A stretch of 63,713 nt of DNA, filler included, from Craspedostauros australis (Eukaryota): the NCBI GenBank assembly GCA_030167865.1. It is 9 parts of 9 records of this genome, joined end to end, with 100 filler letters (N's around TTAATTAATTAA, not from the genome) between each part and the next. Parts side by side here need not be neighbours in the genome. Positions count along the whole stretch, not along the records: positions 42,626 to 47,002 come from JALAGF010003353.1; positions 47,103 to 51,479 come from JALAGF010003354.1; positions 51,580 to 53,422 come from JALAGF010003355.1; positions 53,523 to 58,390 come from JALAGF010003356.1; 5 more parts are not named here. The stretch is one strand, 5' to 3'. This document shows, piece by piece, positions 45,529 to 55,474 of this stretch. Position 1 is the first letter of the stretch. Every line of letters begins with the position of its first letter. The notes below the pieces were generated by a model. That model had not been told where the DNA came from and ran no database searches. It saw only the letters and a program-made list of their open reading frames with translations. The translations under genes were made by a program, and so were the position numbers.

Positions 45529-46662
45529 TCACGGCCACCTGGAAAGATCCAAATTCGGCCAACCCAATCCAGGTCGCGACCAACATTCGATCGTGTCAAC
45601 TCCCGATGGTATGCTGCCAAGGCGCTCCAACCCGCTTTCTCGGAACACCTCATGAGATAGCCCAGATTCTTGCGAATGCTCAAAGGCAAACGGAGCCTGT
45701 ACCAGGATGGTCCGATCGACAAGACCGCTCTGCAAAAACGAGATCGCCGTCCTTGGGCCACCTTCCACCATCACGGATGTGATGCCAAAGTGATCTGCCA
45801 AGTGCTGGATGATTGTTTCTGGAGGCAGAATCGAAGGAAAAGGAGACTGCGTCGGTACGAATGACGATGATCCTGCCGCTGCTTTCGCTGCTTTTGGTGA
45901 TGTTGGGATCCCAACAAGGTGAACATCTGGATATCCATCCACTTGGGTAACTTGGCACTCCGACAACGATGGTGTTGGTCGATCGTCTGATGCATTGAAT
46001 GCCCCTGGAGAAGAAGAAGAATAAGAAGAAGAATAGCAGCCATGATACACGATCGTTCTATGTCCATCTTGAAAGATGTGATACCGCGACATGTCCAACG
46101 ACTGCCTCGAGTCCAATATCACGCGATATGGCTGTTCCGTAGCTGTCACACGACGGACCGTCAGACTGCAATCGTCATCCTCAACCGTCTTGCGACCCAC
46201 CAGCACTGCTTGGCAGTCACGTCGCAATCGATGCACCATGTCCAGGCTATCGCTGCATGTGAAGCGCACGGACACTTCTGCCGATGTGTCCGCCACCGCC
46301 CAATTCTGATCAACGGCGATCTTCAACGTGACACCTTGAACGAAGCGATTGTCAGCATCGTTGGTGTCGCTTTCGTCGTTGTCGCTGTCACTGTCGCTGT
46401 GATCCTCATCGTTGGGAATGGCGGCTGCGCGAAGCAAAGAAGCCGTAGATGGGATTGGACGGACCACCGGCAACACATGCGACAACGAGTATGATCGTCT
46501 CTGTTTGTGCGGCGAGAAGCGAGCGACTGTCGGCCATGCATTAACGTTGATGCTCGTACTTCTGCTCTGCCATGGTGACAGATGTAACGTACGGATGATG
46601 ATGCAGAAGGAAAAGTAGGCAGCAAGGCAGGAAGAGGAACGCATACGTGCCCTCAGTGGCAT
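45529..46662 (-). CDS. Stand-alone RibD C-terminal (pyrimidine reductase, Rib7/DHFR-like) protein, possibly plastid-targeted; copy A
   Basis: VTLKIAVD, VHRLRRDCQAVLVGRKTVEDDDCSLTVR, QPYRVILD, SVMVEGG and SGLVD motifs; no deaminase domain; N-terminal leader. Confidence 0.85.
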   Translation of the reverse strand: MPLRARMRSSSCLAAYFSFCIIIRTLHLSPWQSRSTSINVNAWPTVARFSPHKQRRSYSLSHVLPVVRPIPSTASLLRAAAIPNDEDHSDSDSDNDESDTNDADNRFVQGVTLKIAVDQNWAVADTSAEVSVRFTCSDSLDMVHRLRRDCQAVLVGRKTVEDDDCSLTVRRVTATEQPYRVILDSRQSLDMSRYHIFQDGHRTIVYHGCYSSSYSSSSPGAFNASDDRPTPSLSECQVTQVDGYPDVHLVGIPTSPKAAKAAAGSSSFVPTQSPFPSILPPETIIQHLADHFGITSVMVEGGPRTAISFLQSGLVDRTILVQAPFAFEHSQESGLSHEVFRESGLERLGSIPSGVDTIECWSRPGLGWPNLDLSRWP

Positions 46663-46928
46663 GATTTCAGCAGCAAGAGTGGCAAGAGTGATTGTGGGGG
46701 ATCGTTGACGATGGATGTTGCTTCACGACTTGCCTTGCTTGATTGATCGATTGATTGATTGATTGATTGATTGGTGGATTGGACCTCCCAAACAATGATG
46801 TGATCTGTTGAGTTTGTGTGTGAGAAAATTGGAAGGAGAATTGGATGGCGCCAATCATTGGGGGTGACGAACGATCCATCTTCCACGCCCCCTAATACTA
46901 GGGGTGGATGTCATTCACCCCCTTCAGT

Positions 46929-46940
46929 TTTGGCGCGAAA
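46929..46940. promoter_or_regulatory. Overlapping double E2F-like site TTTGGCGCGAAA (second copy at 51406-51417)
   Basis: Matches TTTSSCGC on both strands. Lies about 270 nt upstream of the reductase ATG and just before an (AACACC)n tract. Confidence 0.4.
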
Positions 46941-47104
46941 CGCAAATCGCTCATTCATCACACACAACAACACCAACACCAACACCAACACCAACACCAA
47001 CANNNNNNNNNNNNNNNNNNNNNNNNNNNNNNNNNNNNNNNNNNNNTTAATTAATTAANNNNNNNNNNNNNNNNNNNNNNNNNNNNNNNNNNNNNNNNNN
47101 NNCA

Positions 47105-49906
47105 CCATACACCAATATTCATGTCGCAAGCTTCACGAAGCAACAGCTCCACTCATGGATCACTCAACTCCTTCACCGGCACAACTCCATCGATGTCGAC
47201 ATACCCGTAGCGAGTGGTGACGAAGAAGATGGGGAAGATGAGGAAGATGATGCTCTCACCAAGATCACCGACTACCTCTTCAAGCGCACAAATGGCAACA
47301 TCTTCCATTCTGTACAGTTGCTACAAGAGATGGAGCGCAAGAGCATCCTCCAGTATGACCGCATCATGTCCCAATGGGCGCTGAATGATGAGCTCGATAC
47401 CGATGAGCTCTCCCAGTTCAGTTCATCATCAACCAATTCAAGGGGTGTCCTCCGTCTCATCTCATCCCAGATGAAGGCTTTGCCTGTCGCCCTGCAGAAG
47501 GCGCTGGCCATCGCATCGTACATCAGATCATCGTTCGATTCTGACTTGCTGCAGATCGTGCTGGACTACGAAGAGAAACACAACCGGGCCAGTGACGAGA
47601 TCATCGAGCACTCCAGAGACCGTGCCAATTCCCACCCTGCACTTGTTGCGGACGAACGCGGCAGCGATCTTTCCGAGCTGCTGGAGCAAGCCGTGCTCGA
47701 AGGCCTCCTGCACAATGCCATCGGCGGAACCACCTACCGCTTCGCTCATGATCGCATTCAGGAGGCAGCCCGGGGACTGGTTCCATTCGGAGAGGTCCGC
47801 ACCAAGCTCCGGCTGCGTGTCGGCCGATGTCTGTGGGAGTTGTGCACGGATACATCACTCAGCCACAGTCGTAGTCTGCAGGACTCTTCCTCCACAACTC
47901 ATGCGCGCACTTCGGCTGGCAACGACACCAGTTTCATGTTCATAGCGACGGACCATCTGAACTGTGTGGCCAGCAAGGATCATTTGGAAACGTTGCAGCG
48001 CAATCTTCAAACGGGCGAGCATGCGCTGCAAATGGCCGCTCTATCGCCTGCTGCGACGTACCTCCGGCATGCATCGACAGCCCTCCGCAAGCTGAAGGGC
48101 AATCCTTGGGAGGACCACTACGACTTGGTGCTTCGATTACTCCGCAGTCAATGCGACATCGAACTCTTGCTGAGCAACTACGACCACGGTTTTGCGATTG
48201 GTGGCGAAGTTCTGAAGCGCGCCGAGCCCGCACGAGACACGCTTCCGACGCGTCTTGCTATGGTGAAGGCTCTCAGTCAACAGGGCAAGAACGCAGAGGC
48301 GCTCCACCTCAACGAGGAGGCGGCACAACTCTGTGGCGTGTATCCAAAGCGTGGGTACCTGCTTTGCCTTACTCGTCAGATGATGTCGCTGAAGTCATAC
48401 TTCCGCCGTGTCTCCAACGAGGAGTTCCTGAGCCAAAGCCCCATGATGATCGACTCTCGACATTTAGCTTCGATGGATATCTTGCGCCAACTCATCCTCC
48501 GTGCATTCGTGTGCCAGGCCTTGCTCTCTGGAGTGCTGGGAATCGCACAGATCATCGCCCTCACGCGAAAGGAGGGGATATGTGGACAGTCGGCGTATGG
48601 CTTTGCTATGCTGGCGATGATTCAGAACACACTTGGCTATTGCGAGAGCGCTAGAAGGTTCGCAAGTTTGTCGAAGGCGATTGCTGAAAAGGTGGGAGAC
48701 AACGACAAGGCTGTTGGAGCGGCATACTTTGTAACAGCTTCGTTCGTTTATCCATTCTATAGACGGCCGGCCGATGTCTTCGCCGATTATCGACGTGCGC
48801 ATAGCCATGCTTTGCGAGCTGGCGATTTCGAGCGAGCCATCTTGAGCTTGTTTGCTTGCACCTTCTACGCATTCATCCAAGGATCAACACTTCCAGATTT
48901 GATGCCTGCAATCAGCCAACTCTTCGAACAAATTCGAATGTACAAGAATGATGCGCACACAATTACAATCACGGAATACACCGACGGAGCGAAACACATG
49001 ATGGGTACCCTTTCAATCGAGTGGCAGAACCTCGCAGATCTGACACGTTTCGAACAGAGCGATGCCCTCACCCAGATCGCCGTCTACTGGAAGCGGCTGT
49101 TCCTCACCACCTACTTCGGAAGGTATGAGGATGCAGAAATAATCTACAAGAAGTTCAAGGCGGCCAAGCTCAAGGTGACCGACTTCACTTCACAGACCAC
49201 GATCCCACTCTTCATTGGATTGATGGCCTCCAACCGATACTGGCAGACAAAGCAACGCAGGTACATCAAACTGCTCCGCAAATGCAAGAACCACCTCAAG
49301 AAGATATGCGACACCAAGGGCAAGGTCATACGCAATCGGTATCTGCTTCTGTGCGCAGAAACCAAATCCATCACCTCCAGCACAATCATGCCAACCTACG
49401 TCCGCCAGTGCTATGACAAGGCAATCGACCTCTCCCAGTGCAACGGCCAGGTCCACGAGGCCGGATTGGCATGTGAGATGGCAGGCGAGCACGTGCTGAG
49501 ATCCAGCATCGACAGCGATGCTCTGGCCAGATCTTACTTCACCCGAGCAATGGAGTTCTATCAGGCCTGGGGTGCAGCTGCCAAGTGTGACGACTTGCGC
49601 ACCAAACGTGGTAACTACATCAACGAGAGGCAGATCAAGAGATCCGCGATGAACACTACGTGTGGAGGCAAGATGGTTGAGTTCGATCCCCAACATGGAA
49701 TGGCGACCAACTTTGATCTGGCGACTGTACATTCCCTGGAACATGCTGGCACGCCCACGATTTCGGGTAGGCACTCAACAACAAACGGCACAAAGGCTTC
49801 GACGGTGAAGGAAAGTGTTGATGGAGGACCGCACAGCCTCCATGGTGAGCGTGCGGAGGATGTGGATGATGGTGACGAGGATTCCGTGCTGACGGACATT
49901 TCATAA
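47105..49906 (+). CDS. STAND AAA ATPase/TPR-like protein, version B, 5' end in the gap
   Basis: Same length and motifs as version A; central region strongly divergent but open and colinear. Confidence 0.82.
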   Translation, partial: PYTNIHVASFTKQQLHSWITQLLHRHNSIDVDIPVASGDEEDGEDEEDDALTKITDYLFKRTNGNIFHSVQLLQEMERKSILQYDRIMSQWALNDELDTDELSQFSSSSTNSRGVLRLISSQMKALPVALQKALAIASYIRSSFDSDLLQIVLDYEEKHNRASDEIIEHSRDRANSHPALVADERGSDLSELLEQAVLEGLLHNAIGGTTYRFAHDRIQEAARGLVPFGEVRTKLRLRVGRCLWELCTDTSLSHSRSLQDSSSTTHARTSAGNDTSFMFIATDHLNCVASKDHLETLQRNLQTGEHALQMAALSPAATYLRHASTALRKLKGNPWEDHYDLVLRLLRSQCDIELLLSNYDHGFAIGGEVLKRAEPARDTLPTRLAMVKALSQQGKNAEALHLNEEAAQLCGVYPKRGYLLCLTRQMMSLKSYFRRVSNEEFLSQSPMMIDSRHLASMDILRQLILRAFVCQALLSGVLGIAQIIALTRKEGICGQSAYGFAMLAMIQNTLGYCESARRFASLSKAIAEKVGDNDKAVGAAYFVTASFVYPFYRRPADVFADYRRAHSHALRAGDFERAILSLFACTFYAFIQGSTLPDLMPAISQLFEQIRMYKNDAHTITITEYTDGAKHMMGTLSIEWQNLADLTRFEQSDALTQIAVYWKRLFLTTYFGRYEDAEIIYKKFKAAKLKVTDFTSQTTIPLFIGLMASNRYWQTKQRRYIKLLRKCKNHLKKICDTKGKVIRNRYLLLCAETKSITSSTIMPTYVRQCYDKAIDLSQCNGQVHEAGLACEMAGEHVLRSSIDSDALARSYFTRAMEFYQAWGAAAKCDDLRTKRGNYINERQIKRSAMNTTCGGKMVEFDPQHGMATNFDLATVHSLEHAGTPTISGRHSTTNGTKASTVKESVDGGPHSLHGERAEDVDDGDEDSVLTDIS

Positions 49907-50005
49907 AGCGAAGCAATTCTAAACGATAGAATAATGCAATACCCAATACAAACAGAGTCAGCCCCAATGTGTATTCTCATTCATCGGTGCCGACACAATC
50001 CAATG

Positions 50006-51139
50006 TCACGGCCACCTGGAAAGATCCAAATTCGGCCAACCCAATCCAGGTCGCGACCAACATTCGATCGTGTCAACTCCCGATGGTATGCTGCCAAGGC
50101 GCTCCAACCCGCTTTCTCGGAACACCTCATGAGATAGCCCAGATTCTTGCGAATGCTCAAAGGCAAACGGAGCCTGTACCAGGATGGTCCGATCGACAAG
50201 ACCGCTCTGCAAAAACGAGATCGCCGTCCTTGGGCCACCTTCCACCATCACGGATGTGATGCCAAAGTGATCTGCCAAGTGCTGGATGATTGTTTCTGGA
50301 GGCAGAATCGAAGGAAAAGGAGACTGCGTCGGTACGAATGACGATGATCCTGCCGCTGCTTTCGCTGCTTTTGGTGATGTTGGGATCCCAACAAGGTGAA
50401 CATCTGGATATCCATCCACTTGGGTAACTTGGCACTCCGACAACGATGGTGTTGGTCGATCGTCTGATGCATTGAATGCCCCTGGAGAAGAAGAAGAATA
50501 AGAAGAAGAATAGCAGCCATGATACACGATCGTTCTATGTCCATCTTGAAAGATGTGATACCGCGACATGTCCAACGACTGCCTCGAGTCCAATATCACG
50601 CGATATGGCTGTTCCGTAGCTGTCACACGACGGACCGTCAGACTGCAATCGTCATCCTCAACCGTCTTGCGACCCACCAGCACTGCTTGGCAGTCACGTC
50701 GCAATCGATGCACCATGTCCAGGCTATCGCTGCATGTGAAGCGCACGGACACTTCTGCCGATGTGTCCGCCACCGCCCAATTCTGATCAACGGCGATCTT
50801 CAACGTGACACCTTGAACGAAGCGATTGTCAGCATCGTTGGTGTCGCTTTCGTCGTTGTCGCTGTCACTGTCGCTGTGATCCTCATCGTTGGGAATGGCG
50901 GCTGCGCGAAGCAAAGAAGCCGTAGATGGGATTGGACGGACCACCGGCAACACATGCGACAACGAGTATGATCGTCTCTGTTTGTGCGGCGAGAAGCGAG
51001 CGACTGTCGGCCATGCATTAACGTTGATGCTCGTACTTCTGCTCTGCCATGGTGACAGATGTAACGTACGGATGATGATGCAGAAGGAAAAGTAGGCAGC
51101 AAGGCAGGAAGAGGAACGCATACGTGCCCTCAGTGGCAT
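50006..51139 (-). CDS. RibD C-terminal reductase-like protein; copy B (same translation as copy A)
   Basis: Translation identical to 45529-46662. Confidence 0.85.
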   Translation of the reverse strand: MPLRARMRSSSCLAAYFSFCIIIRTLHLSPWQSRSTSINVNAWPTVARFSPHKQRRSYSLSHVLPVVRPIPSTASLLRAAAIPNDEDHSDSDSDNDESDTNDADNRFVQGVTLKIAVDQNWAVADTSAEVSVRFTCSDSLDMVHRLRRDCQAVLVGRKTVEDDDCSLTVRRVTATEQPYRVILDSRQSLDMSRYHIFQDGHRTIVYHGCYSSSYSSSSPGAFNASDDRPTPSLSECQVTQVDGYPDVHLVGIPTSPKAAKAAAGSSSFVPTQSPFPSILPPETIIQHLADHFGITSVMVEGGPRTAISFLQSGLVDRTILVQAPFAFEHSQESGLSHEVFRESGLERLGSIPSGVDTIECWSRPGLGWPNLDLSRWP

Positions 51140-51966
51140 GATTTCAGCAGCAAGAGTGGCAAGAGTGATTGTGGGGGATCGTTGACGATGGATGTTGCTT
51201 CACGACTTGCCTTGCTTGATTGATCGATTGATTGATTGATTGATTGATTGGTGGATTGGACCTCCCAAACAATGATGTGATCTGTTGAGTTTGTGTGTGA
51301 GAAAATTGGAAGGAGAATTGGATGGCGCCAATCATTGGGGGTGACGAACGATCCATCTTCCACGCCCCCTAATACTAGGGGTGGATGTCATTCACCCCCT
51401 TCAGTTTTGGCGCGAAACGCAAATCGCTCATTCATCACACACAACAACACCAACACCAACACCAACACCAACACCAACANNNNNNNNNNNNNNNNNNNNN
51501 NNNNNNNNNNNNNNNNNNNNNNNTTAATTAATTAANNNNNNNNNNNNNNNNNNNNNNNNNNNNNNNNNNNNNNNNNNNNTCAATCTGCCAAACCACGTAA
51601 GCAGAATTCGGGCGTCAACGTTTCCGAATCACAACGAAAGCGTCAGAACGAAGGCGGCCACGTTGCGGTGATCTTGGACACCACAAACATCCCACGCAGA
51701 ACAGCAGCGGACCTCCATTTGAATGGCTTGCAACACCACCACAAGCACACAACCCAATCATCGATCTGCTTTGCCCAACCATACGAACGTACAAAGCGCT
51801 GACAACGACACCCCCATCATCAACTCCACCCCACTCCACCCCACTCAGTAACCTGAGCATCCACACCATCTCTGCCCTACCCAAGCTTCAGACCACAGAA
51901 GAAGCAATACAGCGACTACAGATCAGACCAGCACCTCAGATTCACTGCGACGCTCAAGTCCCCACC

Positions 51967-52086
51967 AACGTCAACAACAACGTCAACAACAACGTCAACA
52001 ACAACGTCAACAACAACGTCAACAACAACGTCAACAACAACGTCAACAACAACGTCAACATCAACGTCAACTCCAACATCAACGTA
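51967..52086. repeat. 12-bp minisatellite (AACGTCAACAAC)n just upstream of the NTPase start
   Basis: Seven perfect and three degenerate units; reverse-complement copy at about 53523-53615. Confidence 0.95.
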
Positions 52087-52107
52087 GAAACCAAACCCAG
52101 AACCACC

Positions 52108-53422
52108 ATGCTCTCTCCAAGCCTCATGATCGTGATGACAGGAACTATGATGGCAATGGCGATGGCAGCCATGTCTCCTGTGATGGGATTCACCATCCCC
52201 CAACCGTTGGTTCCACGGCCATTGCAGCCATTCAGGTCTGGCTCCACCCCTTCGGTGTCGTCCTCGCCATTCCTTGCGCAACTGCGTCGTGGTCAGTGCC
52301 AACATCATCACGATGGACTTCACCAACGTTGGCACCCCGGCTTTCGCATGGCCGCACCCTCCACCAATGAGGCCGAATCCACCGGTGTTGACGCGCCGCT
52401 CAATGTGACCAGCTACGATTCTGTCTTCAAGACCTTCGACTTCTGGACCATCAAGGATGATGGCGATGTCATCAAGATGCTGAAGACGTTGCCGAAGCCC
52501 GACGAAAGCGTCATCAAGGACGCAATCAACAAAATGAATGTAACAGGTTCAGATGAAGACAAGATGAGCGCATGGGAGGTTGATTGGCTCAACAGAACGG
52601 TGGACTTCCGAAAGGAGATCATCGATAAAGTTGAAAACAAGGGCAACACGGAGGAGGGAGTACAAATGTCCTGCGAGGGCTATGCCAAGCTTCAAAAAGA
52701 CCACCTCCTCGCCCAATGGCTCTACAACGATGGCAATAAGGGCAACTCACAATACGCATGGAAGTCGATCAAGGGTCTCGGTGGACTCGATAACCCAAAA
52801 GTGGATCTCCGCGAATCGGTACTGGAGAGCCTCGAGAGGCTCTTCACCGCTGTACGGGAAGGCACAACGCATTTTCTTCGCCGCATGAAATATGGCACTG
52901 CCACAAAAGTAGCATACTACGTCGGCGAATGCAATTTCCGACATATGGGCGACAAACATGGAATCCCCCAAAGAGTGCATCTCACCCAATATAGGGAACC
53001 GGCAGCATCCAGCATTGTCCGTGTCTTCTTTTCCGGCAGCGGCACAGGCAAGACAGTCGATTTGGCCACAAGTGCAGAGTCAAGAGATGCTGTCATCACT
53101 CTGATGTACGTCGCAGAGAATGACGTAGCGACGGCGCAAGCAAGCGAAGCTCGGACGAATCAGAGCCGGGCTTATTTGAAGAAATGTATGGATGATCACT
53201 TCTTCAAAAAGAACGGCGAGGTGCTATCAACGATCGTAAACACGGTGCAGCAGCGGTTGCGTGCACTCGATGCGAAGAAGCAACGCCTGAGAGACGATAA
53301 AGGCAACACGACTGGAAACGAAGAAGACCCGAAGGTGGAGGACGACAGGATTCGGATAGTGTTTGCCATTGATGAAGCAAGGTACTGTCCCAATCTTGCG
53401 AAAGAGGTCATTCGAAACTATG
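52108..53422 (+). CDS. P-loop NTPase with bipartite (signal + transit-like) leader; 3' end in the gap
   Basis: Leader MLSPSLMIVMTGTMMAMAMAAMSPVMG/FTIP; Walker A-like VFFSGSGTGKT; Walker B IVFAIDEA. Confidence 0.7.
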
Positions 53423-53522
53423 NNNNNNNNNNNNNNNNNNNNNNNNNNNNNNNNNNNNNNNNNNNNTTAATTAATTAANNNNNNNNNNNNNNNNNNNNNN
53501 NNNNNNNNNNNNNNNNNNNNNN

Positions 53523-54002
53523 GTTGACGTTGTTGTTGACGTTGTTGTTGACGTTGTTGTTGACGTTGTTGTTGACGTTGTTGTTGACGTTGTTGTTGAC
53601 GTTGTTGTTGACGTTGGTGGGGACTTGAGCGTCGCAGTGAATCTGAGGTGCTGGTCTGATCTGTAGTCGCTGTATTGCTTCTTCTGTGGTCTGAAGCTTG
53701 GGTAGGGCAGAGATGGTGTGGATGCTCAGGTTACTGAGTGGGGTGGAGTGGGGTGGAGTTGATGATGGGGGTGTCGTTGTCAGCGCTTTGTACGTTCGTA
53801 TGGTTGGGCAAAGCAGATCGATGATTGGGTTGTGTGCTTGTGGTGGTGTTGCAAGCCATTCAAATGGAGGTCCGCTGCTGTTCTGCGTGGGATGTTTGTG
53901 GTGTCCAAGATCACCGCAACGTGGCCGCCTTCGTTCTGACGCTTTCGTTGTGATTCGGAAACGTTGACGCCCGAATTCTGCTTACGTGGTTTGGCAGATT
54001 GA
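53523..54002 (-). repeat. 480-nt inverted copy of 51580-52059 (probable contig overlap)
   Basis: Reverse-complement match; both copies abut gaps. Confidence 0.9.
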
Positions 54003-55474
54003 CGACGTCACGTTTGACAAAGCTCCGGCACTTTGCTCGACATGACAGAATTCTCGTATTTGACGCGTTCGTGGCCAGCGTTCATTCTCTCGTATCGACG
54101 GACAGGCGCGAACAGGTTATTGGTGCCGACCACTTGGATTCTGACGAACTCTATGAGCCCGATCAGTGAGTCGACCAACACTTTGAAATGGACATTCTAA
54201 CTTTTCATCTGCGATATCCAAACCAAGCACATATTTGTAATCCTTATAATCTCTTTATACATAATTAACCGTTACATTTTTTGTTAGGTCCTTATTTTAA
54301 AAAATAAGGACCCACTTGAGTGAACGAAGGTGCAGTCGCGCCTAGTCGTGACTCAGATTTTTATAAAATTTAAAATTACATATAAAAACAAAATCTAGAC
54401 CACCGTGCGATCTTATCCATATAAAAATGGTCTTCATCCGACCTTTGCTTCAAGAGTTATACACCCTTATCTACCACGCACAACGCCGTGTTATTTTTCC
54501 TCCTCAAATTTCGGAAATGGGTCTTGGTTGTTCGTGACTTAATATTTTCGATGGTGTCTTTTCGGTTAATTACGGTTATATTTTGGCGATATGCACCTCG
54601 TCAGCGTTTCTTCCCATCGCAACGTCACTATCTTGATCTATTAATGATGGGCATTTCATTGCGCTATTCTCTGGTTTCCGCAGTTGGTTGTCTCGCTTCT
54701 CCTGCAGCTTCTTGTGCATGCGAATTGCCTTGTTCGTCACAGGCTACGTGCTCTTCGTCGCCATCCTGTTTGTCAACAACCCTCCATTGGTATCATCCAT
54801 GCCATCGACAAAAAATAATCAGGGCGATCTATCCAATTCAACTATCATCTGCGTTTTTCAACTTGTTCATGAAGATCTACATCAACCATTCCGTTTTTGA
54901 CGATGGCCACCCCAGACTGCACACAAAGGTACTACTCCTTTTTCATGACGGACATGGCGTTATCTGTCATGCATTCGATGGCCACAATGATGCTGACAGC
55001 GACGGTAGTGTTGATTGGGGCAGCGTTGACATAGACAGCTGTGATGACGCCCAGGATAGCGTTGTCAGTGGCTATGGTCGCCACCACGGCAACGAAGATG
55101 GTGGTGCTAGCCACAGCGATGCTGTTGTCAAGGACGATGGTGGTGATGGCAACAAAGATGGTGATGGGGAAAGCAACTTGAATGATTCCGTCACGGAAGG
55201 CAATGGTGATGGCAATGAAGGTGGTATTGGCGAGAGAAACAGTGGTGATGATGGCAGGTGACAGCTTTCTCTGTACTTTTTACCTCTTTTCAAATCATAT
55301 TAGTCAAAATACTGGTTGGAGATTGTCCTCGAACAACTCACAATAAAAGAACAAGAGCTCTGACCAGGGCATGCAACAATGGGCCAATACGTCTCCAGTA
55401 GTTACTGGTGCACTTTGACAGATTAAGAGTCGTGGTTTACCAACAAGCTTATCACCTTTACAACATCGACCACC

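Larger units (their letters stand above)
47103..51479 (+). repeat. Second version (haplotig or paralog) of block 42626-47002
   Basis: Same start, end and length (4377 nt, offset 4477). I saw differences only within 48101-49532. Confidence 0.95.

Noticed and set aside
45529..51139. True tandem duplication of the RibD-like gene
   Set aside because: The copies look identical and sit on contigs with identical ends, which fits haplotig redundancy better. Unproven without read data.
54488..55261. 257-aa ORF with Asp/Gly-rich end
   Set aside because: Non-ATG start, crosses the AT-rich island, no recognisable domain.
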